In this document: positions 1 to 18,123 of the stretch, piece by piece
How the letters are laid out: each line of letters starts with the position of its first letter
How positions within the stretch are numbered: the first letter of the stretch is position 1
Assembly: GCF_009914755.1 (NCBI RefSeq)
Contig: NC_060930.1
Direction: 5' to 3' (one strand)
DNA from: the human T2T-CHM13v2.0 reference genome, Homo sapiens
Length of the DNA stretch: 64,000 bases
Notes under the pieces: generated by a model
The model's database searches: none
The model's input: only the letters and a program-made list of their open reading frames with translations
Told to the model about the DNA's origin: nothing
Made by a program: the position numbers and the translations under genes

Positions 1-904
1 TCAAACAACCCCATCAAACCCCAACAAAAAGTGGGCAAAGGATATGAACAGACACTTCTCAAAAGAAGACATTTATGCAGCCAATGGACACATGAAAAAA
101 TGCTCATCATCACTGGCCATCAGAGAAATGCAAATCAAAACCACAATGAGATTCCATCTCACACCAGTTAGGATGGCAATCATTAAAAAGTCAGGAAACA
201 ACAGGTGCTGGAGAGGATGTGGAGAAATAGGAACACTTTTACACTGTTGGTGGGACTGTAAACTAGTTCAACCATTGTGGAAGACAGTGTGGCGATTCCT
301 CAAGGATCTAGAACTAGAAATACCATTTGACCCAGCCATCCCATTACTGGGTATATACCCAAAGGATTATAAATCATGCTGCTATAAAGACACATGCACA
401 CGTATGTTTATTGTGGCACTATTCACAATAGCAAAGACTTGGAACCAACCCAAATGTGCCTTCTATATGTAAGGCACATGTCCATCAATGATAGACTGAA
501 TTTAACAAACGTGGCACATATACACCATGGAATACTATGCAGCCATAAAAAAGGATGAGTTCATGTCCTTTGTAGGGACATGGATGAAGCTGGGAACCAT
601 CATTCTGAACAAACTATCACAAGGACAGAAAACCAAACACTGCACGTTCTCACTCATAGGTGGGAATTGAACAATGAGAACATTTGGACACAGGGTGGGG
701 AACATCACACACCGGGGCCTGTCGCGGGGTGGGGTGATAGGGGAGGGATAGCATTAGGAGAAATACCTAATGTAAATGAGGAGTTAATGGGTGCAGCACA
801 CCAACATGGCACATGTATACATATGTAACAAACCTGCACGTTGTGCACAGGTACCCTAGAACTTAAAGTATAATGATTAAAAAAAAAAATCTTAAAAAAA
901 AAAG
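1..904 (+). mobile_element. L1PA 3' end (ORF2 C-terminus, 3'UTR, poly-A), cut by the window edge
   Basis: ORF 44-472 ([11 protein letters not shown]...[12 protein letters not shown]) is L1 ORF2p C-terminus; G-rich 3'UTR, CCTAGAACTTAAAGTATAAT end and A-tail. Confidence 0.95.
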
Positions 905-905
905 A

Positions 906-1245
<340 letters not shown>

Positions 1246-1510
1246 TTACTTCTCATGTGACAGGCAACGAAAAGAGAGTAGGACACCTGAATGTGCTTTG
1301 TACTAAGGAGTGGTATTAAGAACTCGGAAACTGACCGTTGAAGGTTCTCGGGAGCTGAACCTGAGGCCTCCTATATGTAAGGCACACGTTCTATCACTGA
1401 ACTACATCTCCTCATGCCAAGAGATATTTGTGTCGTCCTCCAAGTACTATTGCAGTATATGAAAACAATAAAAATATGGAAATAAAAAATAACTTAAAAA
1501 TTAAAAAGGT

Positions 1511-1919
<409 letters not shown>

Positions 1920-3054
1920 TCATTGTTTTAGCACTAAGTGTTGGGTTTAGAAGCAGGATTTGTGACCATTTTAAGTTGGAAGACCCCCAGCTGTGGGGGA
2001 TATTGAAGTTTTGGCAAATAAAGCTTGAAATGGAACGCAGAATACTGGAAACTTGCGTTAGAAAACTGACCAGCTTTTTCCTGAATAAAGCACTTCTGCT
2101 ATTGCTGTTTGCTTCACAGGAATGGTAAGAGCAAAACTTTGATGAGAAAACCCCAGGTGAGAATGAAAACCACATGCAACCTGTTATTCATTGCCAAGGG
2201 GTTCTTGATTGTACTACAGCATGAAGGCAACTGAGGAGGTTCATGGAGTAGTCCAGAATAATGTTCAAGACATGAAATAAATAGCAGATTCAAGGATGGA
2301 GAAAAACTTTAAAATTTTGAAAGCACATTCATAGGTAGCTAGACACAGGATTCAAAGACTTATTGGATTTATAGAGCAAGCCAGAAAGTGGGGAATCCAT
2401 AAAAGAGAGCCTCAACAAACAGGAGGAAAAAAAGCAGAATAGAGATGCTTATTGTTCTTTGAAGGAATGGACAAGATATTAGGAGGAGGAGGTGAGTTTG
2501 TTTGGGAACGTGTTGAACTTACCATATTCTTCCGTAGGATCCTGCCCATTGGTGAAACACAGTGAACTTAGCCCAGTGCTCTGATCTGAATACGTGGAGG
2601 TGGGAGTGAGTAGAAGGCACCAATACAGTGTGAGTACAATGAGAACTCAAAGTGTCCTTTGAGATATGAAGATCAGAAACTTACTTACTGATAGTTGTGA
2701 AAAGCAAAAAAATGAACTTCTTCCTAGCTGATCTTCAACCCTGGAATTCACACTGGTTGTCACCATGGCCTTGAAACTTTCACAAAAGACCCAGAAAGTC
2801 TCATTTCCTGGCTAGTTTCCCAGTAGGTGTTATCTTTTCTCATTCATCTTCATTCTCATTCTCCTTATGTATGACTTTACCTATATTGGTAAGCATATTG
2901 CTGAGCCCCTTTCGAGGTTGGGAACACCTTATGGTTTGGCAGAATTTCTCTCTGTTGGCTCATAGGGATAGCGGAATAGGTAAGAGGAAACATAATGGCA
3001 GGTTTCACTGAAATTGGGTATTTAAGTGTCACCCACAAAACTCTACAAGCTCTG

Positions 3055-3089
3055 GTGTGTGTGTGTGTTTGTGCGCGCGCGCGCGCGTG
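3055..3089. repeat. (TG)n-(CG)7 alternating purine-pyrimidine tract
   Basis: gtgtgtgtgtgtgtttgtgcgcgcgcgcgcgcgtg. Confidence 0.9.
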
Positions 3090-3131
3090 AAAGTGCTGGG
3101 AGGATGTGAGAAAAATTATCTAGGCTGTTTT

Positions 3132-3564
<433 letters not shown>

Positions 3565-4128
3565 TTACCAGAAGTTCCCCACAAGGAGGTGTTTCTTTTT
3601 TTTTTTTTTTCTGTTTGCCCCAAAGTACAGAGAACACTGTGAGAATTGTTTAAGTTTCTGTAAGCATTCAGAAATATCTATGCATGGGGAGACATAGGAT
3701 GAGTTCCAAATATATGAGATTTTTCTGATGAACCAACCATTTATCTCAGGAGATAGAACTCATTCATACTCAATTACTCTGCTCAGGGAGCCTGCAGACA
3801 TGCGAATGACATCTCTAGACAATCTACAACCAGAGAGAAGATTGTAACTGGTTGAGTACTGTTTTCTTAAAGTTGACAAAAAGGTGGAGTAATAGTTTTC
3901 ATGTAAGGAGCTCTTATATGATAATCTAGAAATTGAATTCACTCTATATTCTTTGGGATTTACATCTTGATTTGTTAACAGGGAGAGGGAGGTTTGATTA
4001 CACTGTTGTAAGTCTCCCACCTTGATTGAATATTAAAAAAGAATTCCTGAACTAGACAGTAAAGGGTTAAATAATCTTTTTTCTTCAATTAAATATGTCT
4101 TTGAAAAGAATAAAACTCTACCTTTTGA

Positions 4129-4453
<325 letters not shown>

Positions 4454-5487
4454 TAATTTCTCTGTGGAGAAAAATTTTTTTAAAATATGATCTCATTGAA
4501 GTATACAACCCCAAAATAAAATATAGTTGAATTTCCAAAATTCATCTACAATGTACCTTAAAATGATTCACTATTGTCCTAGGCCAAAGATAGGCACTGT
4601 TTGCTCTCAAAGAAGTACTTCTATCTGTCATATGTCATTTGTTTTCATTGTCCCAAGATGTTTTTGAAATCTCCATCCTATATTTTCTATAGCTTTCTTA
4701 TATTAAACTCTTGGTTTTTGCATCCTATCCATTTCTACCCTAAATTACAGAGGTGGACTTCCTTAAAGAAGTCTATTGTGGGGAGCAGAAAAAAATATTT
4801 CCATTTGGGCCTGAGCCCTAGCATAAAGCAATGGTAATAATTCATGATAATTTTCCTCATGCTTTTACTATATTCCTTTGCAAATTGATTCCCATGATTG
4901 AAGCCTGTGAATAATTTTTTTCTGCCACAGTGAGTATAAGTGGCAAAGAGACATTGTGGAACTGTACTTTGAAAATGAGAGAAGAGAGAGAAAAAATGTC
5001 AACAGAACAGAAAATTATCTATTTCCCACATCAAGAAAGTCTGGGTCCTCAGTACTAGCTCTGAATCTTTCTTTAAAGAAGTAAACTGAAACCCAAGACA
5101 TCTTAATCTGAGAAAGAATGACTTTTGGAACTTATTTTCTCCATTGAAAATTTCCTAATCACTTCACAGGGACAGAGGTGGCCTGATATTATATCGGAAA
5201 CCAAGGATTTCCCAATTCTTGAGATATCCTTCAGCTCACACTTTCATTAGGGTTAGCAAAGGGTTTTGGATCTTTAAAATCTATCACAGGGCTTAGAATA
5301 CAAAGTGGTGTTAATACAAAAGTTCTTGAAGATTTGGTGGTAGCTGATGAGAAGAGGGCTGTGTATTCTGGAATGATTACAAGGTCTTATTCTATTTAAA
5401 ATGTTTCAGAGCAAGGATACAAACTTCCCAGTTTACATTAGAAGTTAGCACAGCCTTTATTGCAAAACTTGCGAAAAAGAAAATAAA

Positions 5488-5875
<388 letters not shown>

Positions 5876-6019
5876 TTAGAACACAAAAATGATTCAGCAA
5901 TAGAAATATATATTTTTTGCAATTATGTTTTCTGTTAGAATAGAAAATTGGGGGAAAAAACACAGCCGCGTATTTATACTATACACCCTTACTCCATCCA
6001 CGTCAAAGCACGTCATATT

Positions 6020-6135
6020 GCTTCTTAAATGTGCAAAAGAATCTCTTGTGGATCTTGTTAAATTGCTACTTCTGGTTCAGTACGTCTGAGGTGAAGCTGA
6101 GATTTCGCTCTTCTAACAAGCTCTCCGGTGCCACC
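6020..6135. mobile_element. MER5A-like hAT fragment
   Basis: gaatctcttgtggatcttgttaaa...tctggttcagtacgtctgagg...ttctaacaagctc resembles the MER5A core. Confidence 0.5.
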
Positions 6136-6468
6136 AACTCTTGTGTGGACCAAGAGTCTGAAAGATATCCTTACGATAGAGGGCGCACCTGTCTTAGGTA
6201 AAATTACTTCTGTAACGTCATCTAAGGGAAGTCAAATTATCCGGCAGGAGTGAAGACAGAATAAAACTGGAAATCAGTCCGTGAACTTTGAGATCTTCAG
6301 CAGAGCATGCTTCCCAGTGGAGCTATTTCGGCAGAAGTGTGACGCCTCTACATTCATTGATGAAAATAACTTTCTCAATTTCCCAGTTTGGAAGGCTTTG
6401 CGTTTGTCAGGGCTCAGCCTGCGATGGATCATGGCTAAACAAGGACCAGAAAAAAAATAAAGGAAATC

Positions 6469-6756
6469 GGCTGGGAGCGGTGGTGGCTTACTCCTGTAAT
6501 CCCAGCACTTTGGGAGGCCGAGGCGGGAGGATCACGAGGTCAGGAGATCGCGACCATCCTGGCTAACACGGTGAAACCCTGTCTCTACCAAAAAAATAGA
6601 AAAAATTAGCCGGGCGTGGTGACGGGCGCCTGTAGTCCCGGCTACTCGGGAGGCTGAGGCAGAAGAATGGCGTAAACCCGGGAGGCGGAGCTTGCAGTGA
6701 GCCAAGATCGTGCCACTGGGCGACAGAGCGAGAGACTCCGTCTCAAAAAAAAAAAA
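6469..6756 (+). mobile_element. AluY-like
   Basis: Alu dimer with a small right-arm deletion. Confidence 0.9.
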
Positions 6757-7061
6757 GTAATAAAGAAAATTGAGAGCTTACGTTTTTCTTTTATTAAATA
6801 TTTCCACATTTATCTTTTATTTCCTACTTTTTAAATAACAATACTCCAAAGGTTAATGAGCTCGTCAATTTGGCGACGCCATTGAAGTTTTGGAATCCGG
6901 AGCCGTCTTTGTCTTCCAGCTCCATCTTTTCCACCTTTTGCTTAGGCAGTCCCCCGAGTCGTGTCAAGGCTGAGGAGTAGAAATGGAACAGCACTAATAT
7001 TAATGGCAAAACCGTTGTGAAATAGGGTTACTTTCTGTTTAAGCAAGGAAAATAAAGTAAA

Positions 7062-7092
7062 GCAATGGGAAAAAAATTAAAAGCAAAAGAAA
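7062..7092 (-). terminator. Pol III oligo-T terminators of tRNA-Ala
   Basis: minus strand TTTCTTTTGCTTTTAATTTTTTTT immediately 3' of the tRNA. Confidence 0.8.
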
Positions 7093-7164
7093 TGGAGGTG
7101 CCGGGGATTGAACCCGGGGCCTCGTGCATGCTAAGCACGCGCTCTACCACTGAGCTACACCCCC
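7093..7164 (-). tRNA. TRA-AGC2-1: tRNA-Ala (anticodon AGC)
   Basis: Minus strand GGGGGTGTAGCTCAGTGGTAGAGCGCGTGCTTAGCATGCACGAGGCCCCGGGTTCAATCCCCGGCACCTCCA. It has A and B boxes, the G3:U70 Ala identity pair, anticodon at 7130-7132 and T-runs downstream. Locus number is recalled. Confidence 0.97.
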
Positions 7165-7379
7165 GTACTGAAACGGTTCTCTCGAGAGTATATTCAAGAT
7201 CAGAACCTGACCCTTTTGCTAGGTTTCAGAACCATTAGTTGTAATCAGCCAAGGTCTATTTTATTTAGTTATTTCTGATATCTCAAATTTAGGTTTTGCG
7301 TCCCTCTTTGCTGACAGCTGAGCAAACCGCATTCTACACCGAAGGCCCTCTATTGATGGCCCTGGGATTTTTCTGCTCG

Positions 7380-7900
7380 TCAGTCCGGAGTCACTTACCG
7401 GGCACCACTAGAAGAACCCGGGATGAAACATTTTCTCCCGTGTCTTGACTCTCTCCTTTCTTTCACCGCTGCTTTAAAGGGCTGCCAGAAAGCCACAAAG
7501 TACAAAGCGAGGCATTTAGAGACCATAGTAGATGCAGGTGGCGAGGGAAGACAGGTGGAGAAACGCAGACGGGTTCGTGTCGGTGCAGCCACTGCTTTGG
7601 ACCCGAGCCTCCGTCCCGCCGGGGGCCGGGGTGCTGAGCCCAGCGAGGCGCGGACTGGGGAGCGAGGAAGAGGAGCACCCGCCAGATCGCGCCCCCTTTC
7701 GGGCAGAATCCGCTCCCGGTCCGGTCCCGATTGGCAGAAAACGATACGAGGGCGGTATACACTCAACACGCGCATGAACGATTCATCAAGCCCTCCGTGT
7801 GCCGGGTCTGGCTCACCAACCTCATCCTCTGAGCTCCGGGCTTCTGCCTCCCAGCCCAAGGAACCCACAGGGTCTCAGCCAACACTGGGAGAGTAGCTTA
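7380..7900. promoter_or_regulatory. CpG island / probable Pol II promoter
   Basis: non-repeat GC- and CpG-rich DNA; ATTGG (CCAAT on minus) at 7730-7734; GGGCGG near 7750; splice donor CCG|GTAAGT (minus) at 7398. Confidence 0.7.
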
Positions 7901-8199
7901 AATGGGCAGAAAGACAAGATAAGGGGATGTGGTGAATAACAGAATTATCCAATCCTATTATCAGCCCATCTGAGATTAAAGGGACGTCAATCATACTTGA
8001 ATACTTTATTTAAAAAAAACAGTTTGCAGAGGGTCGCATACAAGAAGAATAAAGTGGTTTTTTTTTTTTTCATAAAAATGTGGATTCAGGAGCATTACCG
8101 GAAATAATCAAGGAACGAGGAAGAGTGTGGCGAGAGAGTTCGGGTCCGGTATACCTCTCTCTCCGCACCACATTCTTTTGTAGTACCTGTGAAACATTC

Positions 8200-9790
<1,591 letters not shown>

Positions 9791-10006
9791 TGAAAGACAT
9801 ACTAAATTAGATTGGATAGCATACTTTGTTGTCAAGGTTGCCGAGAAATTAGTCTTTTCATAGAGTACTGGTGGGAATGGAAAATGGTATAATTCCAAGG
9901 GCAGAAAATTTGCAGTATCTAGAAAAAATGTATAATTATTTACCCTTTAACCCACAAATTCCACTTCTAAAAAGCTATCCCTAATATATACTATCAAAAT
10001 AAAAAG

Positions 10007-10651
<645 letters not shown>

Positions 10652-10739
10652 AGGAAACAATCCAAATGTCTGACAAAAGGGTCAATTTGAGAAAACTATG
10701 GTACATCAATATAATGTCACTGTAAAAAGGAATACTAAA

Positions 10740-10952
10740 TGATCAGCTTCAATCTCTCCTTCCCCTATGAAGAAGGGCATATATGTATTTGAACTTCACT
10801 GGGACACTGGGTAATCACTCTCCTACAATTACCCCATGCTTATGTATGTTAAATAAATTTTGTATGTCTTTTTCTTTTATTAATCTGCCTTTGTCACTTC
10901 ATTTTCAGCAAATTTCAGTGGGCAGAGAGGAAGCTTTTCCGCCACCCCTACA
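10740..10952 (+). mobile_element. ERV1 LTR 3' fragment (MER34-like)
   Basis: aataaattttgtatgtc...aatctgcctttgtc...cccctaca LTR-type 3' end. Confidence 0.5.
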
Positions 10953-11183
10953 TAGTTAATACTCTACCTTGAGCATGGCACACAGAGAATACTAAGGTGC
11001 TAATAGCTCTTACTGCGGCTTGTGAGGCAGTGGCTTCAAAACAGGAAATACAAGCCAAGAGGATTTCAGACTACTGCACTTCATCCACTGAGTGTTCAGC
11101 ATCTAGAACTTTTCTTCCACAAAGAGAAACATGCAATTGTTACCACCTCTAGCTCCAGAGTCCTAGCTCAGAGATTTTTCCTA

Positions 11184-11678
<495 letters not shown>

Positions 11679-12151
11679 TTAAACTGTAGTCTGGCTAGTA
11701 TGCAGGAGAGAATCAGGAAATAAGACAGGTAGGAGGAACCCTTTTGGAGTCAGGACAAATATCAAATACTTACATCAGAAACTATTCCATTTAAGGAGCT
11801 ACATTTTGATTGGATTTGTTCATAGAGGAATTTATACCTCAAGGCATTGTTGAAAACAATACAACAACTGGTCAGCAATAACTGAAACACAACAGTAGGG
11901 TGTGGTCAGAAAAAGAGTGAAAAAGAACATTGCCAGCACCACTGTCATCCCAGGGTGACTGGGGGCATACCAAAAACTGCATCACCACGAAGACTAATGT
12001 CAGAGGATTAGCACTCTTGGGAGTGAAATATCCAGGGTTATATAATACTCCATGTTAATAAAATGAATGGCAATAATCAAATATCATCTCAATTGAGATA
12101 CAGAAAGGATTCAACAAAATTCAACACACTTTTATGAAAAAAGCACTCAGC

Positions 12152-12497
<346 letters not shown>

Positions 12498-12663
12498 CTA
12501 CCTCAACTTAATAAAAGCCATACATGAAAAGCCCACAGGTAATATATTCAGTGGCCTTAGCTTTTCCTCTAAGATCTAGAACAAGGCAAGGATGCTTACT
12601 CTCACCACTACTGTTCAACATAGCACTAGAAGTCCTACTCAGAGCAATTAGACAAGAAAAAAA

Positions 12664-12986
12664 GCCCCAGTGCGCTGGCTACAGCCTGTAATCCCAGCAC
12701 TTTGGGAGGCCGAGAGGGTGCACTGCTTGAGCCCAGGTGTTCAAGACCAGCCTAGGCAACATGGTGAAACCCCATAACCATAAAAATCTACAAAAACTAG
12801 CCGGGCATGATGGCATGCACCTGTAATCCCAGCTACTTGGGAGGCTGAGGCAGGGTTCACTTGAACCCGGGAGGTGGAGGTTGCAATGAGCCGAGATCAC
12901 ACCATTGTACTCCAGCATGGGGACAAAGCCAGACCCCGTCTTGAAAGAAAAGAAAAGGAAGGAAAGAACGAAAGAAAGAAACAAAA
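12664..12986 (+). mobile_element. AluJ-like
   Basis: diverged Alu dimer. Confidence 0.85.
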
Positions 12987-13610
12987 GTCATCCAAACTGG
13001 AAAAGAAAACTAAAATTATCTGTTTACAGATGACATGATCTTATATGTGGAAACCCTGAAGACCTTCCCACACACACACAAAAAAACCTGTTACAACTAA
13101 TAAACAACTTTAGAAAAGTAGCAGGGTATAAAATGAACACACAAAAATCAGTTGCATTTCTACAAACTAGCAATGACCAACCTGAAAAGAAAATTAAGAA
13201 AACAATCCCATTTACTATAGCACCAAAAAGAATAAAATATTTAGGCATAAACTGAACCAAGGAGGTAAAAGACTTGTGCGGGAAAAACTACAAAACATTG
13301 CTAAAAGAAATCAGACAAGATACAAATAAATGGAAAGGCATCCTGTGCTTGTGGAGTGGAAGACTTTAATACTGTGAATAAGTACATATTATCCAACGTG
13401 ATCTACAGATTCAATGGCATTCTTATCAAAAACTCAATGGCAATTTTGCAGAAATAGGAAAATATAGAAAAAAATCATCCTAAGACTCATATGGAATCTC
13501 CAGGGAACCTGAACAGCCAAAACAATCTTGAAAAAGAACAAAGCTGTAGAACTCATTCTTCCTGATTTTGAACCATACTAGAAAGCAACGCTAATGAAGA
13601 TGGTTGTAGG

Positions 13611-13918
<308 letters not shown>

Positions 13919-14713
13919 TTACTGACATAAAGACAGGTATACAGACTAATGGAACAGAGAGCCCAGAAATAAATCCTTGCATATATGGATGAATAATTTT
14001 GACAATGATGCCAAGACTACACAATGGAGAAAGGACAGAGCCTTCAGTAAACAGTATTGGAAAAAGTGGTTATCTACATGCAAAATAATGAATTGGACCT
14101 TATCTTTATACATATACAAAAAAAATTCAAAATGGGTTAAAGACCTAAACATAAGACCAAAAACTATACAACTCCTCGAAGAAAACATGGAGGAAAAGCT
14201 TCAGGACATTGGATTTGACAGTGATTTCTTGGACAAGCCACCAAGAACACAGACAACAAAAGCAAAAATAGACAAATGGGACCACACCAAACTTAAAAAT
14301 TTCCGCACATCAAAGGAAACAATCAAAAAAGTGAAAACACAACCTATGGAACAGGAGGAAAATGTTTGCAACTGATAAAGGGTTAATATCCAGCGTATAT
14401 AAGGAACTTGTACAACTCAACAACAACAAAAAACAAATAACCTGATTTTAAAATGGGCAACAGACTTTAATAAACATTTCTTGAAAAAAGATATACAAAT
14501 AGCCAATAAGCATATGAAAAAATGTTCAACATTACTAATCATTAGAGAAATACAAATCAAAATCATAATGAAATATAATCTCACATCTGTTAGGATGGCC
14601 CTATGAAAAGAATAGAAAATAACAAGTGTTGGAGAGGATATGCAGAAATTGGAAATGTGTGCACTGTTGGCGGGAATGTAAAATGGTGCAGCCATTATGA
14701 AAAACAGTGTGGA

Positions 14714-15517
14714 GTTCGTGGTCTATATACATATATATATACATGTATATATATAAGTTATAGGTTTTCATCCACAGTTACTGGTTCATAACTTCCATCT
14801 CCCTTGTTACAGTCTTTTGTTATAATGTTGTGTGTGTTAGGCCTCAGGGGCAGGCCTCAAGGAACAGAATCTACCTCCTGCCTTCCTTTCACCTGCCCCA
14901 AGGCAGAACTCTAATATTACCCCATCTTTTTCATTATGGGTCTTAAGACCCTCCCCTGGGAGGGTCCGGTCTCATACCCTGGAGGAAGGAATGCTTCCAT
15001 ACAAACCCAAGAAGACTGGGTTCAAAGACCTCCAGATAGCTGAACCCGTGAAGGTTGCTGGAGGGTGGCATGCCCAGGGAGGGCATGGAAGCTCCATACC
15101 CCTTCCACCATACCTTGCCCTGCCAGTCTATTCATCTGTGTCCTTTATAATAAACTGGTGAATGTAAATGTTTCCCTGAGTTCTGTGAGCCACTCCAGCA
15201 AATTAACTTAACCCAAAGAGGAGGTTGTAGGAACCCCAAATTGAAACCAGTCAGTCAAGAAGTCCCAGAGACCCAGACTTGCAACTGGTATCTGAGGCTA
15301 TAGGGGGAAGTCTTGTGGACTGAGCCCCCAACCTGCAGGAACTGACATTACCTTCAGGTAGACAGTGTCAGAACTGAATTGGAGGACACCTAGCTGGTGT
15401 CTGCTGCTTGATGTGTGGGGAAAAACCTTCACACATTTGGCCACAGTAGTCTTCTATGTTGATGATTATTGTGGTGTAAGACTAGAGGAAAATGGTTGGT
15501 GAGAGTTTTCCCAACAC
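14714..15517 (+). mobile_element. MER21-like LTR
   Basis: recalled MER21 motifs (ttccctgagttctgtgagccactccagcaaatta; gtcttgtggactgagccc; ggtagacagtgtcagaactgaattggaggacacc). Confidence 0.7.
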
Positions 15518-16127
15518 AGGGTTTCTTCACAAAATTAAAATTATGATTCCCATATAATCCAGCAAACCTACTTCTGCAGGGGTTTCAAAAGAATTCAAAA
15601 GCATTCAAAGTAGGATCCTAAAGAGATAACTGTAGCATTATTCACACTAGCCAAGAGGTAAAAGCAAAACAAATGTCAATTGACAGATGAATGGATATAC
15701 CAAATGTGGTATATACATACAACAGAATATTATGTAGCCTTAAAAAAGGAAATCCTATCACATACTACAATAATAGATAAATCTTGAGGACATTATGGCA
15801 AGTGAAGTAAGCCAGTCACAAAAGAACAGACACTGTATGATTCCACTAATAAGAAGTATCTAAAGTAGACACAATTATAGAAACAGAAGGTAGAAAGGTG
15901 GTTGCCAAGGACTGGCTGGAAGGGAGAGGAGAATTAGCGTTTGTTGGGCATAGAGTTTCAGTGTTGAAAGATGAAAGTGTTCCAGAGATCTGTTGCATAA
16001 CAATGTGAATATACTTAATACTACTAAACTGTATACTTAAAAATGGTTAGGATGATAAATTTAATGTTATGTGTTTTACTTTGATTTAAAACAATTTAAA
16101 TACGTTCAGATAAATAAAAATGAGTTC

Positions 16128-16775
<648 letters not shown>

Positions 16776-16776
16776 T

Positions 16777-17062
16777 GGGGCGCAGTGGCTCACACCTGAA
16801 ATCCCAGCACTTTCGGAGACCAAGGTGTGTGCATCACGAGGTCAGGAGTTTGGGACCAGCCTGGCCAACATGGTGAAACCCCATTTCTACTAAAAATACA
16901 AAAATTAGGTAGGTATGGTGGTACCCACCTGTAGTCCCAACTACTCAGGAAGCTGAGGCAGAAGAATCACTTGAACCTGGGAGCCGAGATTGTGCCACTG
17001 CACTCCAGCCTGAGGGACAGAGTGAGACTGCATCTCGGAAAAAAAAACAAAAAACAAAAAAG
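16777..17062 (+). mobile_element. AluS-like with internal deletion
   Basis: Alu dimer. Confidence 0.88.
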
Positions 17063-18123
17063 AAATCCCCTGTTAGAAGAGAATAAAATAGAGTGAAAAC
17101 AAGATGGCCAAATAGGAACAGCTCTGGTCTGCAGCTCCCAGCGTGATTGCCACAGAAGATAGGTGATTTCTGCATTTCCAACTAAGGTAACTGGTTCATC
17201 TCACTGGGACTGGTTGGACAGTGGGTACAGCCCATGGAGGGTGAGCTGAAGCAGGGCGGAGCATCGCCTCACCTGGGAAGTGCAAGGTTCAGGGGATTTC
17301 CCTTTCCCAGCCAAGGGAAACTGTGACAGAGTGTACCTGGAAAATCGGGACACTCCTGCCCTAATACTGCACTTTTCCAATGGTCTTAGCAAATGGCACA
17401 CCAGGAGATTATACCCAGAGCCTGGCTCAGAGGGTCCTACGCCCACGGAGCCTTGCTCACTGCTAGAGCAGCAGTCCGAGATCGAACAGCGAGGTGGCAG
17501 CCTGGCTGGGGGAGGGGGTCCTCCATTGCTGAGGCTTGAGTAGGCAAACAAAGTGGCCCAGAAGCTCTTATTGGGTGGAGTCCACCACAGCTCAAGGAGG
17601 CCTGCCTGCCTTTGTAGACTCCACCTCTGGGGGGCAGGGCATAGCTGAACAAAAGGCAGCAGAAACTTCTGCAGACTTAAACGTCCCTGTCTGACAGCTC
17701 TGAAGAGAGCAGTGGTTCTCCCAGCACGGAGTTTGAGTCCTAAGAAGGGACAGACTGCCTCCTCAAGTGGGTCCCTGACCCCTGTGTAGCCTAACTGGGA
17801 GACACCTCCCAGTAGGGGCCGACTAACACCTCATACAGCCAGGTGCCCCTCTGAGACGAAGCTTCCAGAAGAAGGATCAGGCAGTAATATTTGCTGTTCT
17901 GCAATATCTGCTGTTCTGCAGCCTCTGCTGGTGATACCCAGGCAAACAGGGTCTGGAGTGGACCTCTAGCAAACTCCAACAGACCTGCAGCTCAGAGACC
18001 TGTTAGGAGGAAAACTAACAAACAGAAAGAAATAGCATCAACATCAACAACAAGGACATCCACACCAAAAGCCCATCTGTAGGTCACCATCATCAAAGAC
18101 CAAAGGCAGATAAAACCACAAAG

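Noticed and set aside
7395-7896. Overlapping 157-aa ORFs on both strands
   Set aside because: These lie in a GC-rich CpG island with few stop codons, give low-complexity Arg/Gly/Pro products, and show no recognisable domain.
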